Positions 34,951 to 41,890 of a DNA stretch of 41,892 nt are shown here, piece after piece (the stretch's first letter is position 1; every line of letters starts with the position of its first letter). Made by a program: the position numbers and the translations under genes. Source of the DNA: an uncultured bacterium (GTDB lineage: Bacteria > Desulfobacterota > Binatia > HRBIN30). Where the stretch lies: the NCBI GenBank assembly GCA_937975525.1, contig CALJUJ010000685.1, positions 1 to 41,892 on the forward strand, read 5' to 3'. Under the pieces are notes generated by a model. The model worked only from the letters and a program-made list of their open reading frames with translations. It did not search any database and was not told the origin of the DNA.

Positions 34951-35444
34951 TTGATCTCCCCCTGCCGCCAGGCGCGGCGTGCTTGGATCCGCAGTTGGGC
35001 GACATGCGGATTCTTCCACGGCAGCGCCGGTCGCCCCGACGAATAGACACAGCCCTCCTCGACGTGCCACCAGCCCGTCTTCACCAGCAACCGGAACACC
35101 GGCCCCGTCCAGTGCCACCACCAGTCCCGCGCCAGTGTCTTCCACCAACGCCGGGTGAAGGGCATGAGCAGCGGTCCGGTCATGAACGCTTCCCGGCGAA
35201 TGGCCCACCAGCACCACCGGATCCGCCACGGCGTTGCGAACTTGTGGGCGTTTTCCTTGTTCCACCGCACGAGTGCGATGATGTCCCACACATGGCCGCA
35301 GCCCAGGCATTCGTACGCACCGTCGAGCGGTTCGAACGGACGCCACCGATCGTCCTTGCACGTCGGGCACAGGATCGCCTTCTTGCCGTGCTTGCGCATG
35401 TACTGATCGGCTTCCGCCTCATCCTTCACACGGTGCAGCGGCAT
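34947..35444 (-). CDS. zinc-ribbon protein with extremely Trp-rich C-terminal half
   Basis: 165 aa from ATG 35444 (TAATG junction). CPTC...CLGC zinc ribbon. It has 17 Trp (10%), for example RRWWKTLARDWWWHWTGPVFRLLVKTGWW. The frame is supported by high third-position GC. Confidence 0.55.
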   Translation of the reverse strand: MPLHRVKDEAEADQYMRKHGKKAILCPTCKDDRWRPFEPLDGAYECLGCGHVWDIIALVRWNKENAHKFATPWRIRWCWWAIRREAFMTGPLLMPFTRRWWKTLARDWWWHWTGPVFRLLVKTGWWHVEEGCVYSSGRPALPWKNPHVAQLRIQARRAWRQGEIK

Positions 35445-35692
35445 TAGGTGGTGATCTCCCCTTGCAGGGTGACATCGACGCGCTCGGGAATGGACGCGAG
35501 GTAGATCTTGGACTCGGCCGGGTCGTACTTGAGCACCGGGATCCGGTCGAGCCGCCACATCTCCACGACGTAGCTACGCATCGCTTCCGCCCACTCCAGC
35601 ACCTTCCTGTCCGTCGCCGGGATCCTCAACTCGATGTCCGAGCACACATCCATGTCGTTGAGATCGACCGTGTGCAGCACCAGTTCCTTCAT
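35444..35692 (-). CDS. hypothetical protein
   Basis: 82 aa with an ATGA overlap upstream and a TAATG junction downstream. Confidence 0.6.
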   Translation of the reverse strand: MKELVLHTVDLNDMDVCSDIELRIPATDRKVLEWAEAMRSYVVEMWRLDRIPVLKYDPAESKIYLASIPERVDVTLQGEITT

Positions 35693-36174
35693 GACTTCTC
35701 CTTCACGGGAACGATCGGGTCGCCTTCCGGCCCGAAGAGGATAGGCGGCTTCTCGTCGGCGGTCGCGTCATCCGGCGTCACGCTCTCCAGCGGTGGAGCG
35801 GGCATGTCGAGCATGAAGTGGTACATCATCTCGCGGGTGATCGGGGCCGGGATGACGCGATAGACCTTCTTGCCCGTGCGCTTGCTGTTGCGGATGTCGT
35901 GCGGCATCGGCACGCGCAGTTGCAGCACGACGGGTTCCCCGGCGCTGATCCGCTCGATCCACGCGGCCACGAGGTTCGGCACCAGCCGCTCGAACTCCAG
36001 CTTGAGCGCCAGGTCGAACATGACGCGTGGCTGGATCTTCAGCTTGCCGTCGATGCGGGTCATCCCCGCCTCGATCATCGCCTTCTGTGTCTCGGGGCGC
36101 AGCGGCCACATGTGCGACCGGCGCTCGGCCTCGATGGCGGCTTCAGCGCTCGGCGGTGGGGTGATCTCGGTCAT
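35689..36174 (-). CDS. hypothetical protein (start ambiguous: ATG 36174, GTG 36195 or ATG 36111)
   Basis: ORF 35689..36195 in the track. It overlaps the upstream zinc-ribbon ORF by 32-53 nt unless the internal ATG is used. No known motif. Confidence 0.5.
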   Translation of the reverse strand: MTEITPPPSAEAAIEAERRSHMWPLRPETQKAMIEAGMTRIDGKLKIQPRVMFDLALKLEFERLVPNLVAAWIERISAGEPVVLQLRVPMPHDIRNSKRTGKKVYRVIPAPITREMMYHFMLDMPAPPLESVTPDDATADEKPPILFGPEGDPIVPVKEKS

Positions 36175-36355
36175 CGAATAGGTCCGGGCGCTCACGGCGC
36201 AGTTGGTCGAGTTGCAGGTTGACGTGATCCGGCGTCGAATGTCGGTCGCAGCCGGTGCACAGGTAATAGCCCGTCATGCGGTGGGACGGGATGAGCCGCC
36301 CCTTCGCCTTGCAGGCCGAGCAGCTAACAAACGGTCGGAGCTTGAGGGGCAACAT
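36143..36355 (-). CDS. small zinc-ribbon protein
   Basis: 70 aa from ATG 36355 (MLPLKLRPFVSCSACKAKGRLIPSHRMTGYYLCTGCDRH...). CxxC...CxxC pattern. Confidence 0.45.
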   Translation of the reverse strand: MLPLKLRPFVSCSACKAKGRLIPSHRMTGYYLCTGCDRHSTPDHVNLQLDQLRRERPDLFDDRDHPTAER

Positions 36356-36548
36356 GCGGGGTCTCCCCCTTCGCGAGCCGGTCAATGCAGTCGTAGCAGA
36401 CGCGTCGATCGGACTTCCCCTGCTGGATGATCTGCGTGCACTGCTGGCACGCGGGACGGTCGCACAGCTTGCACCGCGTGCGCACCAGGCGCCCCCGCGA
36501 ACTCTCACAGTGGGCCGTGCCGTTGGCGACTTCGCACAGTGCCGTCAT
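36324..36548 (-). CDS. small Cys-rich (multi CxxC) protein
   Basis: 74 aa from ATG 36548 (ATGA overlap). C-x8-C, CKLC, C-x2-C and CYDC give 10 Cys in total. Confidence 0.45.
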   Translation of the reverse strand: MTALCEVANGTAHCESSRGRLVRTRCKLCDRPACQQCTQIIQQGKSDRRVCYDCIDRLAKGETPHVAPQAPTVC

Positions 36549-36631
36549 CGAAATGCGATCCCCATGAAGATCGTCAGCACGAGCGCCCACCAGTACAGCA
36601 GCCGTGCGCCGTAGATCCGGTCCTCGGTCAT
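36545..36631 (-). CDS. 28-aa hydrophobic peptide
   Basis: MTEDRIYGARLLYWWALVLTIFMGIAFR. ATGA overlaps at both ends fit the coupling pattern exactly. Confidence 0.3.
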   Translation of the reverse strand: MTEDRIYGARLLYWWALVLTIFMGIAFR

Positions 36632-36822
36632 CGTCCCCTCGCCTGCAAGTGATACGGCAGTTCGTGCCGCTCGATCACGACCACTTCCTCGACGCGCTCG
36701 CCGTGCCGCTTGTGGCTCTCCGCGAGTTCGCGCGAGTTGAAGAGCATGGGCGTGTGCTTCAACCGATGTCGTTTCCAAGTGCCGTCCTTGCGCCGGATGG
36801 CGAAGACGGGTGTGGACTGCAC
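36628..36822 (-). CDS. hypothetical protein (start uncertain: GTG 36822 or ATG 36747)
   Basis: The C-terminal part of track ORF 36628..36987. Hand-counted third-position GC favours this frame only below about 36830. Confidence 0.35.
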   Translation of the reverse strand: MQSTPVFAIRRKDGTWKRHRLKHTPMLFNSRELAESHKRHGERVEEVVVIERHELPYHLQARGR

Positions 36823-36998
36823 AGGACATCCTTTCCATAGGGTGCGGCATGCGCACGGGAGACCCTTACCAGGCGGTCCTTTGGCATGCAACGATGCGCC
36901 AGGATCGGGACAGCGGTCGCCCGGCTGTAGATCTGCAACGCACCGTTGCCACCGCACAGCGGGCATCGGGTAATCCACCCGAACCACCGTAGCCTCAC
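36759..36998 (-). CDS. small CxxC protein
   Basis: 79 aa from GTG 36998 (GTGA overlap with the DUF5662-like gene). WITRCPLCGGNG...HRC. Third-position GC is 80% in 36901-36990. The 3' part overlaps the next ORF. Confidence 0.4.
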   Translation of the reverse strand: MRLRWFGWITRCPLCGGNGALQIYSRATAVPILAHRCMPKDRLVRVSRAHAAPYGKDVLCSPHPSSPSGARTALGNDIG

Positions 36999-37504
36999 AG
37001 CACCCCCAAGTTCTTGAGGATCTGTTCGAGGATCCAGCGTGAACGCGAATGCAGCGTCACCTTGTCGCGATGCTTGGCGTACCATTCACGAAGATCCCAT
37101 GAGCCGGTGATCGCCCGACCTGCCCCGAGCCAATCCGCCACCATCTCGCGCACGAAGCGCTCGGGCATATACACCGTCTTCCCACCACCCTCGTCTTCCA
37201 AGAGGATCCAGTGTTGCCAGTGGTGCGGGTTGCGGTTGATATGAAAGAGCCAGGCACGATCGAATGCCGCTTCACGCCGATTGGCCGCAACCGCGTATCG
37301 GAAGTCGTCGTTCTCTTCGCGCTTCAGACGTGCATGCTCGCCATAGAACGTGTCCACGTACGGGAACCACTCACTCGGCCGGAACTTCGACCAGTCGTGG
37401 ATCAGCAGACGCCACAGCGGCGCCTTCGTCCACCGGATCCCGGCGTAGAGCACGAACCACTTGTGCCGGATCACGTAGCGGAGATAACGAAGGTGCGCAA
37501 TCAC
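36995..37504 (-). CDS. DUF5662-like protein (possible HD-related fold)
   Basis: 169 aa from GTG 37504 (GTGA overlap). Motifs RHKWFV, LLIHDWSKFRPSEW and HINRNPHHWQHW match my recollection of the phage DUF5662 family. Confidence 0.6.
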   Translation of the reverse strand: MIAHLRYLRYVIRHKWFVLYAGIRWTKAPLWRLLIHDWSKFRPSEWFPYVDTFYGEHARLKREENDDFRYAVAANRREAAFDRAWLFHINRNPHHWQHWILLEDEGGGKTVYMPERFVREMVADWLGAGRAITGSWDLREWYAKHRDKVTLHSRSRWILEQILKNLGVL

Positions 37505-37749
37505 GCGGCCATCCTCCGGCTGTTGAGGCGCCGCGCTCGACTGCGCATCGCCAGGATCGCACCCTCCTCGACATAGGCGTCGAGCACACGCCGCTTGTCC
37601 GCGAACCATGCCTTGCGGCGGTTCGAGTCATCATGGAACTCGACGCCACCGCGCTCGACTTCGGCGTGGATCTCTCGGTTGAGCCGCACGATCATGAACC
37701 GCACCACCCGCAGCCGCGACCACCGGAAGAACGGATCCGACTTGACCAT
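37501..37749 (-). CDS. hypothetical protein
   Basis: 82 aa from ATG 37749, preceded by the conserved leader element GCTCTAGGAACAACGTTC. Confidence 0.55.
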   Translation of the reverse strand: MVKSDPFFRWSRLRVVRFMIVRLNREIHAEVERGGVEFHDDSNRRKAWFADKRRVLDAYVEEGAILAMRSRARRLNSRRMAA

Positions 37750-37776
37750 GAACGTTGTTCCTAGAGCAGAAGGGTT
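37746..37776 (-). promoter_or_regulatory. conserved translation-initiation/leader element, copy 1
   Basis: On the minus strand it reads CTTCTGCTCTAGGAACAACGTTCATGG. It is near-identical to copy 2 at 38062-38091: 21/22 in the ungapped core, then 7/8 after a 1-nt indel. Confidence 0.4.
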
Positions 37777-38065
37777 AGCACTCCACCAGCCAATGACGGC
37801 GATCCTCGTATTCCCCACAGGCCACCGGGTGCGGCTTCCCGTCGAACTTGCGACGCGTCGAGACAACCCACCCTGCCGACGTACCACTCGCCCCGATGTT
37901 CCGACCAATCCATTCCTGCACCTGGCGGCGGGTCCACTTGCGCGGGGCGCAGCACACCGCGCTCAACATGCCTTCCTTGAAGACACACGTATCCTTCAGG
38001 TTGTCGGGTGCCAACGGCTTCGACTTCGCCGTCTTGCGCTTGGCGTTCTTCATCGAATAGCCCAT
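37775..38065 (-). CDS. hypothetical Cys-containing protein
   Basis: 96 aa from ATG 38065, preceded by the conserved leader element GCTCTAGGGACAACGTTC. Basic N-terminus and 6 Cys. Confidence 0.55.
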   Translation of the reverse strand: MGYSMKNAKRKTAKSKPLAPDNLKDTCVFKEGMLSAVCCAPRKWTRRQVQEWIGRNIGASGTSAGWVVSTRRKFDGKPHPVACGEYEDRRHWLVEC

Positions 38066-38091
38066 GAACGTTGTCCCTAGAGCGAAGTGTT
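38062..38091 (-). promoter_or_regulatory. conserved translation-initiation/leader element, copy 2
   Basis: On the minus strand it reads CTTCGCTCTAGGGACAACGTTCATGG. The TAG inside it is the stop codon of the upstream gene. Confidence 0.4.
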
Positions 38092-38373
38092 GAGGTTGAA
38101 CCCGACGACGTTGTGCCGCGCATCGAGGGTCAGTTCGAGTGGTTCGTTCCTGGCGCGGTCGAGCCACCCCGATTGCCCGCCATAGAGCGACGCGATCCCC
38201 ACGAGACCGTAGAGCGGCAGCGTGACCGTGAGCACGTTGATCCCTTCGCCGGAGACGGTCGTCTCGACACCGGGTTCGGGATGCTCGCGTTGCGCATAGA
38301 CGCGAACGCGAAGCCACGCCGATAGAGTGTCGGCGTTCGCCTGTGCCCGCTGAATGGTGCCGATGATCTGCAT
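38077..38373 (-). CDS. hypothetical protein
   Basis: 98 aa from ATG 38373. It is the first gene after the predicted internal promoter. No known motif. Confidence 0.55.
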   Translation of the reverse strand: MQIIGTIQRAQANADTLSAWLRVRVYAQREHPEPGVETTVSGEGINVLTVTLPLYGLVGIASLYGGQSGWLDRARNEPLELTLDARHNVVGFNLNTSL

Positions 38374-38429
38374 GGGGTAGAGTCTCGCAATCGGGCCGGA
38401 GGTTGCCGCCTCCGAACGGTACTCCCGCC

Positions 38430-38458
38430 AAGCTAGGGCCTTGTGCCAGCTAGCGCAA
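38430..38458 (-). promoter_or_regulatory. sigma70-type promoter TTGCGC-N17-TAGCTT (minus strand)
   Basis: -35 is the reverse complement of 38453-38458 and -10 is the reverse complement of 38430-38435, with a 17-nt spacer. The architecture matches the 23620 promoter, including GCTAG/CTAGC inverted repeats. It lies in the 76-nt spacer plus the 3' end of the MTase-like gene. Confidence 0.45.
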
Positions 38459-39040
38459 GAGGGGCGCCCACTGGTCGGCCATCGCGTCGGCGATCCCCTG
38501 GTAGGTCTCGCTCCGGAGCTTCCAGCGATCGGGCGACGGCGGCAGCTTGTTTTGCCCGCTCGCGGTCTGGTTGGCCCGGCGAGCCTTCCGCCCGCCCGGC
38601 AGGACAACCGTCGGCCGTAGAAGGGGGAGACCCTTCAGCCATAGACACGTCGCCTTGCTTGCATCATGGCCGAACTGCCACGGGTGAATGATCTGGTCGG
38701 GCTTGCGGATCCGTGACGAGATGCAGCCGATAGGGTTTTCCAGGGCGACGCGCGGCACGGGGGCATCGAGGAACAGCCGCACGAACTCTAACGCGTCCTC
38801 GGTCAACGCGGCGCGTTCCGGGCGGCGCTTGTTCCAGTGCAACCCGGACGAACACAGATAAGTGCAGGGCGGGAAGGCTAGCACGAGATCCCACGGCAAC
38901 AGTCCGAGCACGTCCCGCACGTCTCCGGTGTAGTGCTGGCCGGGCGTCTCGCTCGGGAGAAGGTCGCAGCTATACGCGTCCAGGCCGCGCCGGGAAAAGG
39001 CATCCCGCACGCGGCCTGAAAACTCGCACGCCACCAGCAC
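38450..39040 (-). CDS. minimal C5 cytosine methyltransferase-like protein
   Basis: About 196 aa from GTG 39040 (alternative ATG at 39106). VLVACEFSGRVRDAF is motif I-like, AFPPCTYLCSSG is a motif IV PC catalytic Cys, and ALENPIG is motif VI-like. It is too short for a canonical MTase with a TRD. Confidence 0.6.
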   Translation of the reverse strand: MLVACEFSGRVRDAFSRRGLDAYSCDLLPSETPGQHYTGDVRDVLGLLPWDLVLAFPPCTYLCSSGLHWNKRRPERAALTEDALEFVRLFLDAPVPRVALENPIGCISSRIRKPDQIIHPWQFGHDASKATCLWLKGLPLLRPTVVLPGGRKARRANQTASGQNKLPPSPDRWKLRSETYQGIADAMADQWAPLLR

Positions 39041-39051
39041 GCGCGGCCGTG

Positions 39052-39204
39052 CTACTTGCGCACTCCTCCGCCCAACAGCCACGCGGGCACCGCTACGAGA
39101 GTCCATAGGATGCCGGAAAGGATAGCACCGACCAGCCAGCCAAGCCAGGGCGCCCACAGTGGCGCCGTGACGACGACAGCCACAACGGCCAGAAGTTCAA
39201 GCAC
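39052..39204 (-). CDS. small membrane protein (two TM helices)
   Basis: 50 aa from GTG 39204 (8-nt overlap). LELLAVVAVVVTAPLWAPWLGWLVGAILSGILWTLVAVPAWLL. Confidence 0.4.
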   Translation of the reverse strand: MLELLAVVAVVVTAPLWAPWLGWLVGAILSGILWTLVAVPAWLLGGGVRK

Positions 39205-39667
39205 TGGCGCCGCCCGCGTGAACGTGGGCGACGGTCGCGGCTTGCAGGCGGTCCGCCACGGCACGCGCCGCCACGGGCGACCCGCTCGGCACTCCTCGGC
39301 GGTTGGCTTCGGCTTCAGGGTCCGTCATGCCGAGCGCCGCACAGTGCGCCGCGCGTCGCTCGTAGTCCACCAGACTGCCCGCGCCCTGGGGCACTGCCCC
39401 GTAGGTGCGCACCGTCCACCCTACAACCCGATGCGCCGCGATCATCCGACCGACGGCGCGTTGCTTGGCGCTCGTCGTCTTACTGTACGTCGTGACATTC
39501 ATCAGCAACGCGCCGTCGGGTGCCCACTCAAGGAGACACGTTCGATAACTCAAGAGCTTGTGCCCGTCGGTGTGAAACGATTCCGTGCCGTAATCGGCGC
39601 GGCGCGACAGCCAGGCATCAAGGACGCGCCCGGTAGTGCCGTGCGTGCTGAAAGTTGCGTTAGGCAC
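39197..39667 (-). CDS. hypothetical protein
   Basis: 156 aa from GTG 39667 (8-nt overlap). The motif LLSYRTCLLEW...LMNVTTYSKTTSAKQ recalls a recurrent phage family (SY.T.IA...N...YS.TTskH) of unknown function. Confidence 0.55.
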   Translation of the reverse strand: MPNATFSTHGTTGRVLDAWLSRRADYGTESFHTDGHKLLSYRTCLLEWAPDGALLMNVTTYSKTTSAKQRAVGRMIAAHRVVGWTVRTYGAVPQGAGSLVDYERRAAHCAALGMTDPEAEANRRGVPSGSPVAARAVADRLQAATVAHVHAGGASA

Positions 39668-39866
39668 TGTATCCCCCACTTTCAAGAGTGTCGAGCACCG
39701 GGCCGAGATCTTCCCATAGTGCGTCAATGTCGGTGGACTCCATGAGTCGCGCGGCGGCTTCGGGTGCCACGGTGCCGCGCGAGTTGACGATAACGGCCAG
39801 CAGTGCGCCCAACAAACAAGACTCCACGGGCACCCCGTGCGGCGCGTTGCAGTTGGGGCACGTCAT
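39660..39866 (-). CDS. hypothetical protein (N-terminal CxxC)
   Basis: 68 aa with an ATGA overlap upstream. MTCPNCNAPHG. Confidence 0.5.
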   Translation of the reverse strand: MTCPNCNAPHGVPVESCLLGALLAVIVNSRGTVAPEAAARLMESTDIDALWEDLGPVLDTLESGGYSA

Positions 39867-40093
39867 GAGTTCCCCCGTGCGATCATCCGGTGCAGCCGCG
39901 CCAGATAATACCGGGCGCGGGATCCGTTGGCGTTCCGTGGCTTGCGGTACTTGTCGCGCCGCGCGTACATCAGCAACGCGTCAACCTGGCGACTCGACAA
40001 GGTGAAGAAGTCCTGATCTTCCCCCACGTTGCAGAAATCAAGCACGGCGCGGGCGTGCTGCACCGCCGCGTGCACTTCCGGGCGCGTCTTCAT
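39863..40093 (-). CDS. hypothetical protein
   Basis: 76 aa from ATG 40093 (ATGA overlap). Basic and helical. Confidence 0.55.
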   Translation of the reverse strand: MKTRPEVHAAVQHARAVLDFCNVGEDQDFFTLSSRQVDALLMYARRDKYRKPRNANGSRARYYLARLHRMIARGNS

Positions 40094-40734
40094 GCTGGCA
40101 CCTCCGCGCGGAGAGTGTCGAGAAGGGCGATAGCGGACTCCGCGTCCGTCTTCCACCGTGGCCGTTGCCGTTCGACCCACTCGCCGAAGATCCGCCACGC
40201 ATCCGGCCACGAGTCGCGGAACGTCGAGACCAGGGCGGCAACGTTGTGGGCTTCAGTCGGGGAAATGCGGGCGTGCTTGGCAAAGACGGCCAGGCACTCG
40301 GCCGGGGTCGGGAACCGATATTCCCCGTTGTGGTGCCCCTTGCTGTTGCCGAAGTGGTAGCGCTGTCCCCCATTTTCATGCAGGGCGCCCGCCAGGAAAT
40401 ACCGGAGGTTGCCGCCGTCATGGCTCGGCACTCCGTCGATGTCGCACAAGTGCAGGGCGACAACCGGCGCGAGTTCCGGCCACGTCGCCAACACTTGCTC
40501 ATGAATGCACCCGCCTTCCAGCCAGTCACGGCCGCGCGGCCGGGTCTCGGTGTGCCCGGTCACGGAGAAGTACGGCGCCCGGTTGCCCCGGAGGAAGTGC
40601 AAACCCGCTTCAACCGTGATAACAACCCGGCGCGTCTTCAGTTCGTGCGCATAGTGCGGGTGCAACGTCTCGGGGATCTCCCGCGTTGCCGTGAACTTGT
40701 GCGACCACTCCGGCCACGTCTTCGCGTCGCTCAT
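40090..40734 (-). CDS. hypothetical protein
   Basis: 214 aa with a GGAGGA RBS 9 nt upstream. His-rich motifs (HPHYAHE, GGCIHEQ, LHLCDIDGVPSHDGG). No family assigned. Confidence 0.65.
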   Translation of the reverse strand: MSDAKTWPEWSHKFTATREIPETLHPHYAHELKTRRVVITVEAGLHFLRGNRAPYFSVTGHTETRPRGRDWLEGGCIHEQVLATWPELAPVVALHLCDIDGVPSHDGGNLRYFLAGALHENGGQRYHFGNSKGHHNGEYRFPTPAECLAVFAKHARISPTEAHNVAALVSTFRDSWPDAWRIFGEWVERQRPRWKTDAESAIALLDTLRAEVPA

Positions 40735-40752
40735 GATGTCGGTTCCTCCGGT

Positions 40753-40935
40753 CTAGGTGTGTGCTTCACGGTGACGGATCCGCCGCACCAGGGCGGCGCG
40801 GCGCCGTCGATAGTGGCGCCAGTGCTGGCGCCGCGTCTTCGCGTCGGGCACGCGCGACCACTCGCCCGCCCATTGCGCATCAAGGCGGGCGAGTCGCGTG
40901 CACAACGTCACGAGGGGCACGGGGCGCCCGCTCAT
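40753..40935 (-). CDS. small basic protein
   Basis: 60 aa from ATG 40935 (ATGA overlap). Arg-rich C-terminus RRQHWRHYRRRRAALVRRIRHR. Confidence 0.45.
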   Translation of the reverse strand: MSGRPVPLVTLCTRLARLDAQWAGEWSRVPDAKTRRQHWRHYRRRRAALVRRIRHREAHT

Positions 40936-41234
40936 GCCGGCGCGTGCGGGTTGGGGATGCCGGCCGATTCCAGCACGTCGGAAACCCACGCGTTGAACTC
41001 ATGCCCGGCCACGTCGCGCGACCCAGTGCGCCACAGTTCCACGAGGTTGCCGCCGCTATCGAAGCCCGCGCCGATTCCGCGCGGCAGTTGCGCGAGATCC
41101 GAGCACGGCCACCAGGACCCCGGCCGGTGCGCCCACTCCCACAGTTGCCGCGCCGTGGCCGTCACGGAGAAGCCCGCGCCGGGCACGTCCGGGTTAGTGG
41201 TCACGGTGCCGTAGGGCGTGCGGTGGCGCTTCAC
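40932..41234 (-). CDS. hypothetical protein
   Basis: 100 aa from GTG 41234 (GTGA overlap). Confidence 0.5.
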   Translation of the reverse strand: MKRHRTPYGTVTTNPDVPGAGFSVTATARQLWEWAHRPGSWWPCSDLAQLPRGIGAGFDSGGNLVELWRTGSRDVAGHEFNAWVSDVLESAGIPNPHAPA

Positions 41235-41890
41235 TTGGCACACTCCGGCCGGGTGCACTGCACATCATCCGAGAGTCGGCCGGTGCCGCCGCACAGTGCG
41301 CACACCGGGGCGCCCGCCAGGACGGCCGCGCGTGCCGCCTTCTCGGCGCGACGGATCTCGGGAATCGTCACGGTTTGCCCGTGCGTGCCCGTCATGAAGT
41401 TGTAGCGCTCGGCGAACTCTTGCGCCCACTCGTTGCAGTCGATGTCTTCTAGAAGACAATCGGCGGACCCTAGATAGTCGATCATCTCGCCGAGTCGCTT
41501 GCCGAAGCGCCGCCACCGGCCCAGGTCGGGCGCCGTCCACTCGCGCGGGTCGCCGATACCTTCCACAATCAGCCAGCCACCGCACCGGCCACTAGAATAC
41601 ACCTTGACGCGGCTCCACCCCTTCCAGATTTCCGCCGCGATCTCGCCCGCGTCTTCCCAGAAGCGTTCACGGGCCGACTCTAGGGCGAACTCTACCGCCT
41701 TCTCGGCGACTTCCTCCGTGCACCCGTGCTTGAGCATGACGGCCGCAACGACGGGGTGATAGTTCCAGTGGTCCTTGACGTTGTAGGCGGGCGACTCGCG
41801 CCGTCCCATATGGCCGTGCATCTCGACATCATCCCGCGTCGCGCAGTAGTTGCGCCGGTGCCAGTTCGTGCGGCTCTTTCGCGTGCTCAT
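41231..41890 (-). CDS. hypothetical protein with C-terminal Cys cluster
   Basis: 219 aa. The ATG at 41890 overlaps (ATGA) the stop of a further upstream gene that lies off-window. C-terminal CALCGGTGRLSDDVQCTRPEC. Confidence 0.6.
   Translation of the reverse strand: MSTRKSRTNWHRRNYCATRDDVEMHGHMGRRESPAYNVKDHWNYHPVVAAVMLKHGCTEEVAEKAVEFALESARERFWEDAGEIAAEIWKGWSRVKVYSSGRCGGWLIVEGIGDPREWTAPDLGRWRRFGKRLGEMIDYLGSADCLLEDIDCNEWAQEFAERYNFMTGTHGQTVTIPEIRRAEKAARAAVLAGAPVCALCGGTGRLSDDVQCTRPECAK

Noticed and set aside
34300-35370. The long N-terminally extended ORF versions in the track: 34300..35370 (356 aa), 38450..39157, 37775..38431, 38077..38607 and 36545..36856.
   Set aside because: The extensions are Arg/Gly-rich and overlap better-supported upstream ORFs. 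Internal starts that give ATGA/GTGA coupling, or that follow the conserved leader element, fit the genome-wide pattern.
41443-41458. A perfect 16-bp palindrome TGTCTTCTAGAAGACA inside gene 41231..41890.
   Set aside because: About one such palindrome is expected by chance in 42 kb at this composition. It is inside coding sequence and has no supporting context.
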